From Pocillopora damicornis (taxonomy: Eukaryota): a stretch of DNA of 64,000 bases. The notes below the pieces were generated by a model that worked only from the letters and a program-made list of their open reading frames with translations, had not been told where the DNA came from and did not search any database. This document shows, piece after piece, positions 24,918 through 36,900 of the stretch; within the stretch, counting starts at the first letter, position 1, and each line of letters opens with the position of its first letter. Location: contig NW_020845543.1 of the NCBI RefSeq assembly GCF_003704095.1, forward strand, positions 310,001 to 374,000, read 5' to 3'. The position numbers and the translations under genes are program-made.

Positions 24918-27900
24918 TATAATCAACTCAGTCGATAAGGTAAATTGGCCACCGTAAAGCGTTGACAAAGGCTAATGCTCGAAACGTCAGCTTTTAAACT
25001 ATTTACGATGGCCAATTTACGTTATTGACTAAGTTGATAATACTAAATTACCCTAAACGATGATTAGCTGAATGAAAAAGTTAGACAAGTATTCAATGTG
25101 ACAAAATCAAAGTAGGGGATATTGACGACCGACGCGGGCTAAATAAAACATACTGAAAGGAACTTTTCAATTACTGACAGAGTTAAAGTCGGACAAAGGA
25201 CATTCCAAAGGCCCCTGTCTGGATTTGAAACCTAGTGATATGACCCTCAATTGTACAATGGATCCTGCAGATTATAGAACCAAATTAACATAGAATATAT
25301 TTCAACTACAATGTTTTCTCTCACGTACGTAATCGAAATTCTTGTCTCAAACGTTTCGAAGGTTGAAAACTCGTTTAAAGGAGGGTATTGATTCGTCTTA
25401 GAGCACAATTCGATTCTACATCTCCTATCTGACACACTTCTACGTGATCAACCACTATTTCGCATCTAAAATTTTCCAAAATTTCTTAGAATGCTAATCG
25501 TGTGCCAATCACTAGCAAATGTCGCGGAAATACTCTTCAAGTCTTGTTTGGATTATGCTGGAAACCGACAGTCAAAGATACAAATAAATCTCCCTGAATC
25601 TAACATACTTCGCTTTTGTCCGAAAGGGCTCATTTCTCAACCCTTTTCTCAACCCTTAACTCAACTTATTTTATGGCACCAAACACTTACAAGGTCACAC
25701 AGTATGTTCAACAACAAATGGCTTCCGCTGAAGTAAACTTAGGTAAGCTTCAGCGGGGATTCCCCTACCCATCACATCTCGTTCACTTTCGTATTTCTCT
25801 TCGAAGAATAAAATTTAATTGAAAAAATAATATTCTTCCCAATTTTTCGTCAAAATCAACGCGATTTCTTAAGTCCAACACTCAGTAACACTATAAGTTG
25901 AAGTAATCTCCTCGAGGAGGAACTGTGAAAAAAAAATAAATGGGTCTATTTATAGATGTTTGTTCCTATTATCGTCTGAGACAATCTGAAACGAAAAGTA
26001 TAAATATCATCACGCAAATCATCACGTAAATCAAGTCATTTGGATCTTAAGCCCGAGGAGGACGAACGGAAAGATCGAAGGACTTCACGTCGTATTCACG
26101 CTAAGACATTCTCTCGCAGAAACAGACCAACACTGCTGAAACATTACATTTATCATTGTCAATTTAGAGGAAACGGAAGAAAAAAGAACTGGTGATAAAT
26201 ATTGCACATGGATGGCTGCAAAATTTTCAGCTGCGTGTTTAATCCAATTTAGATAGTCGTGACCACTACGCCGCTCTCTTGCGTTTGAAATGAAAGGATA
26301 TCATCAAATAATAATTTGTGTTTTAACCTTCTGCATGGTCAAAGTCACCAGCCAAAAAAGTGCGGGATCAAAACACTGTGATGCATTTCGCCACTGCGAC
26401 TGGAAGAAGGCACCCACTCTATTCGTGAAAGTTCCAACACAAAGGGTTGTATGTTCGATGAAGAGCAGCACGGGTGAACCATGTACCATGGACATAAACC
26501 AGATTTTAAAATTACTACCGGCCAGCAGCGATGTCGTGCTGTACTTTGTCACCGACTGTTTAACTCCGACGCAAATTTCTTTTAACAATTCTTTAAACGT
26601 CACCAAGAAAAACATCATATCCTACATGCAGATCATGAGACATTGCCGCATTTCAGTAGAGGCCCTATCTGTCTGGGGGCAAGCCACAGATTTTCGGGTG
26701 TTCTACGCAATGGCGAACACAACTTTAATGGAAACGAACGAAACATTAAAAACTAGCTCACGTCGAGCACTGAAAAACATTGGTTCTCTTGCTATTGACA
26801 ACTCTAACCCGCGAGGCATCCCCAGAATTTTTAGGAAATACGTCTGGCCAAAGATGGCCGAAGTCTCACTTTCCAATTTACAGCTTTCCTCAATCCCTGT
26901 AAACCTAAATAACATCATGCCGCTACTTCAGTCTCTAGAGGTTTCTCACAACAATTTTTCAAGACCACCGCCATTTCCTTGGTGCAACACCACACTTGAA
27001 CTGCCGAGAGGACTGGAGAGAACGCCAACTGCAAATCACCACTATCAATTCGGCACCATCGTTAATCCGAAGTTGTACCGACGATTCTTCGATTTGTCGT
27101 ATAACAACATCGTAGATTTGGCGACCCACGAATTTAAAGGACTTCTAAATGCTTTAAATCTAGAGGGAAATGGACTAAAAGCAGTTGGACCAAAGTGTTT
27201 CCTCGGTTTGAATGGAATACAAGTAATAAACCTAAGAAATAACAAATTGAATGATTTGCCTTCACAATTATTCCAAGGACTCCGAAGTCTCCTGAAATTA
27301 CGACTAGATCACAACAATATCTCGTCTTTACCGATCCAACTTTTTAAAAACCTCACAAACATCAAAAGAATTGACTTAGGAAGTAACAAACTGAGCTTCG
27401 TTCAAAATGAATTGTTCACCAACTTGAAATCTTGTGAAATATTGAATTTAAATGATAATCAAATCACTCTTGTGGATGATGACGCTTTTCCCACCGATTC
27501 AAGTTCTTTGCAAAAGATTAACCTCCAAAACAACAAAATAACGCGGATTCCTTCATCTTTACTCCTGCAACGACATGCTACAGAAATAAATCTGTCATTC
27601 AATGAATTGAATTTTCAAGATCTTAGAAACCTCTTCAAGCAAATAGACTTAAACACGTTTTTGTACCACCATCGTGATACGGCAAGTTCAGTCCGGTTTA
27701 GACTAAAGGAAAGCTTCAATCAAATCAGCTTTGCCTATAATAAATTTTCGAAAATAAACGTCAAGACACTCAACAAAACAGAGATAGGTCTGTTTGAGTT
27801 TCTCCTGCAAATTTATACAATCGACATGACTGGGAACCTCCTGAAGTGTGATTGCGATATCTTGGTTTTGACTCGCTGGCTTCGATCATTGATGCTGAAG

Positions 27901-30900
27901 CATCCGCGTATTCAAAATGTGCACTTTGAAACTTGGAAATGCACGGCTCCTGATGAAGTTAAGGATAAACCTATACTATCTGTACACGAAGACGAGTTCA
28001 AATGCCAGAGAAATCTCAAAAACTGTCCTCAAAGATGTTTGTGTTATGTACGAGCCATGGATGAAGCTGTGGTCATCGACTGCAAAGGAAGAAACCTTAC
28101 TGAGCTTCCTTCCAAGGTTCCAAGAGGTAATCTAGTTCTTCATGCAGAGAACAATAACATCCGGGAGATTCTTCCACATTCCTATTTAGAAAACGTTTCA
28201 GCACTTTATCTCACTGAAAACGATATCCATGTCGTAAACGAGTCCATAGTAAGAAAGTTAACGCAAACTAAAATTCTTTTCATTGATTCGAATAAGCTGA
28301 CCAGTTTACCGCGGAACATTGAAGACGTCAATTTCACCATTCTCGCGATAAACCACAATTTCTTCAAGTGCGACTGTACAACAAAATGGATGAAGTACTG
28401 GTTGCTAAGAGAGTCAAGTAAAATTCAAAACATGGAAAACGTTTTGTGCAACTCCGAGAATGCTCAAGGGAAAGCAATTTACAGCCTACCAGATGATGAG
28501 TTTGTTTGTCAAATTTCTGCCAACGATGATACAAATACGCCGTCCACAACAATGGGTACTGAGTATAAAGTCATCGCTTTGACTCTTGCAGGTGCGCTGG
28601 TTTTGACTTTTATCGTTTTCTTCGTGATTTTCAAGTACCGCGGAGAAATGAAAGTGTTCATGTTCACTCACTTCAACTGGCACCCATTTGATCGCATAGA
28701 CGACTCCGACCCAAGTAAACTATACGATGCGTTTGTGTCTTACAATGGCAATGACCACCGTTGGGTGTCAAACACTTTATGGGACAGACTTGAAAATCAC
28801 GACCCCCCCTACAAACTGTGTGTCCATGACCGCGACTTCCAAGTGGGTAAAACAATACAAGAAAATATTTTCAAGAGCGTCGACCAAAGCAAGCGAATGA
28901 TCATGGTGTTATCCAATAACTTCTTAAAAAGCGAGTGGTGCTTGCTGGAATTCCGCGCCGCACATCGGAAAGTTCTGGAGGAACGTACTAATTATCTAAT
29001 CATCATTTTGCTAGATGACGTGAACATGGACGAGCTTGATGAAGAAATGAAATTATACATGCGCACTAACACGTATCTCAGTGTCAACAACAAGTGGTTC
29101 TGGCAGAGACTGTACTACGCTATGCCTCACATAACAGTCAGGCAAATAAGAGCAAGAAATCTCTCGAATACTCCCTCTAATGTGACATCGCATTCTGTGG
29201 CTCAAAGCGTGTTCACTAATGGGGCATACTCTGTATCTTAACCTTCCCACAAGTGTTTGACATTCAACTCCACCCACAAATTGTTACTTGTTAATAGTCT
29301 AATTGGCAGCTGTTCTTAAGGATATCACGCAACATACCAAGCAAAAGAAAGAGTCACGAAAAATTCCAAAGAACGGCTACGAACGGCCATTAAAATAATT
29401 AAACAGCTCCTTGAAGAGGAGGTATAAAACGGAGGAAAAATTTAAAGCAATAAAGAAATGCTTCAGTTGTCCTTGTTACTCACCAGAATCAGAAAGTAAT
29501 CTTATTCGCGAAACGAAACCAAATTAACTATTCAGACCTTTCAACAATTTACCATACGTAGTGTTCAAGTTTTAAAACATTAATATTGCGTAAATCAATG
29601 TTTATAAAAAGATGAATTTCATATAATATCTTTCCCTCAACTGATTCGAAATTCAAACGACTTCTTGATTATTGTTGGGGTCTTTATGTTGGCGTTTTCT
29701 TGAAAATTACATGTCAAGAGTTTAGCGTATGAAACCAAAAGGTTTGGTTTAATCACCCGAGTGAAGTTTGTTCTATTTTCAAACCATTCCCCTACAGTAA
29801 TGTACTGTTGGTAGTTTATTTTAAGAAACATTGTGAATTTGTAAGTCGTGCACTGTATCTAACTATATCAGCGACAGTTAGAAAAAACGTTTTCTAAGTA
29901 ACAACAGATAAACACAGTAGATTAATTTTGTATGCGTATCACTTACGTTTGCGGAACAATGCAGACTACTTATAAAAATAAACAAAAGCGTAAGAAATTA
30001 TCAAAAAAACTTGACTTATTGACTGAGTGGTAGGGTCGGTCGGGAATAAGTTTGGCCGTCGCTCATTTTTTTTTCCCTTTCTTCTTTTAGCTCGCGAGGC
30101 AGTATAGCTTCTGTACGGCCCTTGCACACCATGGCGCACGGCCCTCATACGGGTATTTCTGTACAATTTTTTGATAACGGTTCAATTTAGTTCATAAATA
30201 CCTTTAATGACAAAGCAAGCTTGGTCAAGAAAGTATTTTTCATATCAAAGAACTGCTAATTACCTCACGCCCTGACAACAGATTCCTCATCAGACCCAGC
30301 GTTTTCATCGTCACTTGTGTGTCTGGATCATCAAGAAGGCTGCAAAATGAAAACAAAAAGCTTATATTTTTTTATAGCCTACTTGCAGTGGTGTGAATTG
30401 AGAAAAAACAAGCTGTACATACATACATTGAAAAACGAAGTCACTAAATTGCACGAGAAGAAAAACCTTGGTGTGATGGCGATCAGATCTACTGAGGTTT
30501 AAAGCAGAAAGAGGCACTCTCTAGTTTGTAGAGCTATATTTTATTGCTTTTCTGAAAGAAAGCGAATCTGATACGGGTCGAAAATTGTTCTACTGCTCCA
30601 ACTATTACACATGACTTCTTTTAGACCTTTTCACAAGTTACCAACCTGAACAGCTGCTCGGGTCCCAACACTTCAAGGATTTTATTTTTAGTTCCTTCAT
30701 CTGCTTGGTAAGCCATATTCTACGAAGTGTAACAAGAGAAAAAACACCTTGTTCATCGCTCGAGTTAATCACATGGCGGGATATTAGCGAGTTCTCTTAT
30801 GAACTTAAACTGCGTTGTACGTTGGACTGCACTCCCAATAAGGAGAAAAGAATAGTGATAATTCATAAATCTTACCATTAGAGCCCAAACCCCGTTCAAT

Positions 30901-33900
30901 CGCAGTGCAGTTTCTGAGCGCCTGGTTAAATTTGACAACAAGTTGACGGCTCCTGCTTCTAATATGGGCTGAAATAGAAAGTGAAAATACAGTTACTATT
31001 TCAACATTTTACTTCTTGAGTGGCACTGTAAGGGTGCTTGTTAAATGCCAGTTCACATTCACGATGACCTTGCTCACAATCCACATATGAGCAAGACTCT
31101 CTCCACCCATGAAGATAAAGGGGAACCAAGAACTAACAGGTACACTGAAAAAAATCTTAGGAGCGAGGGGGGAGAGGGGGTAAAATTTAACTGTAATAGA
31201 TTTGCACCCCTCATAGGAGGAATAGCAAGACTCCCAGTGGCGTCATGCCACAGGAACCATGATAAGTTCTAGCATAGTGGGCCATTTGGTTCGTACGACA
31301 TCTCAACGTTTGGTGTGTCAAGTCATGGCCTTGATTTGATTGACTGATTTATTTCGCAAGAAAATATTTACAATAATTATACGTGAATAATATATGTTTT
31401 TTTTCGTATTCCTGGCAAGGAAGCTCATTTGGAAACCATGGGGCTCTTGACAATGAGCTCCCCACTCACATAGATCAAAAATAAAGTTATCATGCGTGGA
31501 CTACTATTAACAAAACATAATTAAGATAAAAAGGAACGAAAAATGACTGTTCAAAAAGAAAAATACACAAAAACACAAACACAATCACACAAAAAGCACG
31601 CGTGCAGACAGACTAAAGACAAAAAAACAGCAAATTATATTTACTTGAAGAGAATCAGGAAAGGAGCAATACTCGTAGATTTAAAACGAGAGACGGTAGG
31701 GGTACTTTGTATATTGTGGTTAAAAGAATTAAGTACTTTTGGTGCCTGAAATTTTATGGCAAACCGTCTTATATTAATTCGAGCATAAAATAACCAACAG
31801 ATATCAGAGTTTGTAGTATTGTTCGAATAAATTTGATTCAAATTGTAAATAAAAATATTTCTATAACTACATTAAGAAGAATGGCTATTTTATATAGAAA
31901 CACAAACTTGGCAAATTGAAATAAATATCAGGAAAGTTTAATATTTGTAAGTTCTTAAACAAAGAAAAAAGGATAAGTATGAACATGGAATGGCTTTCGT
32001 TGAAATTATTCTACTAATTTCCTCCTGAAATATGACAATGCACTTTGAGTTTGTGGGATAAAGTACCCAGACAGTGATGGTTCGATGAACGTGTATTGAC
32101 TAGGCTATAACTTCCATATTTACCTCTTTACTGGGAGAGAATTCCAGCAACAGATTACAGAGTGCAGAGGAGGCCACAGTCATCATGTTATCATTGGCGT
32201 CCTGAAGTAATTTCATAATGGGCTTCCAAACCGCCGTGTCCTGGAAACTAGTTCTTAACTGTTGCACAGAACGCGACAGGCTGTGGAGACACTTCACTGC
32301 AGCTAACTTGACATTTGTGTTGGGATCCTCTAGACCGGACACCACGTGATCCATGGTGCATTCGATATCAATAATCTGCAGAGCAATTCATGTCGTTCAA
32401 TCTAATACACTTTCAAACATTAACAAACGGTTACAAGGAAGAAAATAAGAGAGTCGGCTCCCGAATCAAAAACATATCTTGAAGAACCTTATCTTGCAGA
32501 AGAGCTTAAATCTTGTTCACTCCCAAGATCTTGTCAGTAATTCTCCTTATTGTCTGCCATACAATAATTGTGACATTGGTTAAAAGAATTTAGTATTGGA
32601 TCACCTGATAAAACCCTATTTGATATTTTTGTCTATCCTCATTCCTTGTCAGCTTGATTTTGTATTGATTTAATAAGGGGAAATTCTGTCTTGATCACTC
32701 AAGGGAGTTAGGCGGCCAAAAGAACTTTTGTCACCTTTTTCCTGATGTCTTCATCGTTTGCGCCAACAGAGGCAAGAGCTTTGAATGCACTCTATAAAAA
32801 ATGAATAAATAGTTACATAAAAATAATAACAATAATAACAAATACAGTCGAACCCGTATTTAGCGGCACGGTATTAAGCGGTCAGTTGTCAAAGTCCCGA
32901 AGTGGAATTTTCTGCAACTTTAAACTGTAATTTTCACCTTAATTAGGCGGTCACCTCTTTCAAGCGGTAGCGGTAACCCTCTGCAAGTGAGGCTCGCCGC
33001 TAGTGGAAAAGGTTCTCGTGGGCAGAGACTAGAGATGTACGCGTCCATCAGTCGCTTACAAGAAATTGAGTGGCAAACTCGAGGTTTGAAAAGGAAGTAT
33101 GCGTACGTGAAGACAAATTTAACACTTAAATATGGCTCTGTGATCATTGCAGGGAAAACTTTGAATGTACTTTACCCTGGATTAAACTTCTGAAACCTTA
33201 TGCAACCCTACACTGTTTCAAGAAGAATAACAACCTGAGAAAGGCTGCCCTCCCCATTTCTCCCCCACTCTTCCCCTGCCCGTATGTGGTTATACCCACC
33301 TCTCTCATGAGAGCGTAAGAGCTGTCGTCCAAGTCACTTTTGACCAAGAAGCCAGTTAGCGTTTTAATCAAGTGATCAGAAATGGCTGCCGTCCTCTGCA
33401 GCTCTGTGTCTTCTTCAATGAGGAATGCTAAAAGAATTGGCGAATCAAATAGTGGACTCTTAAAGGCAGTTTCATACACTAACCTGTATCTGTACCAAGA
33501 ACTATTGTTTGAATGGTCCAGTGGACCAACATAAATAGCAATTTTTTAATATAACAATTCTCAATTGAGTGTCGAAAGTAATCAAGGATTAAATTGGTTT
33601 AACTTTTCTACGCCCTCTGATTGATTCAGGAAACTCGCGCTATCCTCTCAACTAATCAGTTTCAAAACCAAAACCAATCGCGGCCTCAACACACGCGTTT
33701 TCCCGCGCTTTGAGCAGTATGCTTTCCATTATCAATTCTCATTGGCTCGTTGTGATATTTTCCTTTCCTCTGATTGGCTGTTGAATTGCACTCTAACCCG
33801 CTAACAGGACTGTGTTTTCTTTTAAGTATTAAAGTAATTGGGTTTCAACCCCAATTTTCACACCAGTTCTCCTAGAATCAAAACTCTTTGAGGCAATTGT

Positions 33901-36900
33901 AGTGTGAGTGTTGAATAACAAGTTGATTGAGGAAAAAAATGTCCTGGATCGAGCCTGAAAGAGGGTCATCTTTATGTGTTCTTAGGTAGAACACTAATTT
34001 ATAACAGCGCATTTCTCTCTCTCTCTCTCATGATGACTATAAAAACTGTCAGCCGAGGGAAACCTGGCAACCTACATTATCCTATTGATAAATCTACATC
34101 AATTCTGTCTGGAAATGTTCCTAGTAACTGCATGCTACATACCCTAGGATGAACTAAGGCACTGTATGTCATTTGCCTCTCAAACAGAAACACAAGGTTG
34201 AACTTTTCATTGTGATCAATGAGTTAAATGCAAAATTTCAATATAAACCATTACCTCTACCCTTACAAAAAAAAAAAAACGATTTCATCAAAACTAACCT
34301 AATGTCTCTGCTGCCTCAGCTCTGACGGTGAGGTTTTTGTCCAATTTACACATTCTGACCACTGTGGCAAGAACCTTAAAAAGTAATCACTCACTTGTAT
34401 TGTGTTGACATCATATTTACCAATTATAAATGGAGGCAAAAATAATTCAACCCACTGAATTGCAGAAAGGAGTCAGAACTGCCATCACACCTTCTTGATA
34501 GTACATACGTATTTCTTGTACATTTATTTGTGTTCAGTGTTTTAAAAACTCACGGTCATGTAGTTTATGCTCTGTATGTACAGTATAAATCATTGTACAC
34601 CATGATCTATCAGAATGTTGGAAGCAGAGACATTTGAATTGAATCTAATCCCTTCAAGAGAGACACAAGAACTCCATAAGCTACACAATTTCAATAACAG
34701 ACACCCTTTCCTTCCAAATCAACCAAGACTCTAAAAAATAACTTGACAAGGAACAAGAAATATTGGATATTTTTCCAAGGCTACCCAAGTGAGACAAAAC
34801 ACTGTGACAGGTGCACATACAATGTACTGTAGGCAAGAAAACAAACATCCTTTCATCCCTCTCAATGAGAGTCCCCTCCCCTCCCCTCCCTTCAAACAAT
34901 ATACTACAGGGCCCAGTTGTTTAAAGGCTGATTGGCACTAACCCAGACTTAAATTTCATCCAGGTTTCTATATTTCTTTGTTCAAAAGCCATTTAGGAAG
35001 AATATTCCCTATTCTTTTAGACCATCCAATGACCAAATTGCAAGCAAAAATGATTTGAATTGAATTTTCTTTTAAAGCTTTCAGACCTGAAATCAAATTT
35101 CACCCTAACCCTGGGTTATCTTAACCCAGCTTTGAACAACCCAGGCTAGGAATCGAAGTGAGAAGATAAGGCTGAAAACTGAAGTTAGGTTCAATGAGTA
35201 ACAACATGACTGCAAGTAGGTCTATACACACCTTGATCAGTAGCGCATGATGTTCTGCTGCTGGTACTGCCCCTGCCCTGTGCATGTTTGTCAAACTGCA
35301 ATGTACAGTGTACATTAATTTCTTAAATTAGTCAGAGAGACAGAAACTCAAATAATTCATTCAAACAGCATAACTGCACCATGTACGTACAGTTAAAGGA
35401 TACCGTTAAGAACATGTTGATAGAAAGACAGATTGAATTTCAAGGACCCAGAAAGGCAAAAGGGATTACATGGACAGATAGATTGACTGACAAGCAGACA
35501 AACAGATAAACAGCCAGAAAGAAAGATGGATTGGACCAGCAAAAATAAAAGAATTTAGGAAAGGCACATAAGCACGCAGTTTGGTAGACAGACAAGCAGG
35601 TGGGTAGAGAGATAGACAGATGGATGAAAAGATGGAAAGAGAGACTGGTGGACACAAAGAAACAAAGACCACATCAAAAACAGATGGAAGGAAGGAAGGA
35701 GTAAAAGACACTACAAACAGACAGTTGGATGATCAGATAGATACCCACCACTTTGCAGCTCCAAGCTGAATCTCATCGGGTCTGTCTCTTGACAGCAGCT
35801 TAGTAAATATTTGAACCAGCTGCTCACCTTGATGTGTTGCTTTGGGTTTGCAAAAAATAGCCAAAAAATTGAATTAAGAACAAAAAATGTGTTATGCTTT
35901 TACACTCTTGCAGTACTGTACAGTGATAAAGGCTGTTTGTAGCAAAAGTTGAACCTGAAAGAATTTCTCCTTAATATATCATTAAAATATCGAGCAGACA
36001 AGTGATGAAAATAAAGAAAAATATCAATTAGGGAATTATACATGTATGTATGTTGATCCAATATCAAATTCTCCAAACTAACATTACAAGAACTGTATGG
36101 CAGACAGAAAGGAGAATTAGTAATGAGATCTCATGAGTTAAAGGCCAGTTAAGTGGCACCCTATTTTAAGCAGTTACCCTGTACTACAGAAAGCAGAAAG
36201 TTTCCCCTTAATCACTGTAATTTTCACCTCTATTAGGCAGCCACCTCTATTAAATGGTCATGGTCACCCTTAATTAAGTCCCAACTGCCTATTTTTATTG
36301 TCTTCTGCTTGTATTGAATGGTCACTGAAAGAATAACTATTCGGCGATGAGTAATTTTTAATCCTTGTTCCTCTCTCAAAATTAAAGTACCAGTAGTATT
36401 TTGGAGAAAGATTCTGTACAATAAATGCTCAATTATGGCATAAAGCGGCATTGTTTACCACTTTTTATAACACCTCTAATCTGTGGAACTCCTGTTAAGC
36501 GGTCAACCTGTATTAAGCAGTGGCCCTACCATTCCCTGTGGGTGACTGCTTAATACAGGTTTGACAGTAATACACCTTTAAATAGTACATAAAAAAATTA
36601 GGTTGTTAATATCAATTTTCTGGTCATTACCTGACTTCATAGCAATTGACACAGCCCCATTTTGAAATGACATAGATGCATAGCACTGAAGTGCTGGCTG
36701 TTGTATCTTGGGAATATCACAGACCAAAAGTGGCAGTAAGGCTGTGACAGCTCCCATATTACATAACAAAGCCTGATGTGCTGGACCCTAAAAGTAAAAT
36801 GTAATTGAATGTTAACAAGAGATGAAATGTCCTCCACAGAAAATGTACCTGACAAAATGCAATTTTTACTTTCAATTAAAACTCAAGCTCCTAATTTACC

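Noticed and set aside
26304-29277. Several short minus-strand or alternative-frame ORFs over the TLR
   Set aside because: Shadows of the long TLR ORF; none is needed for the ARMC8 model.
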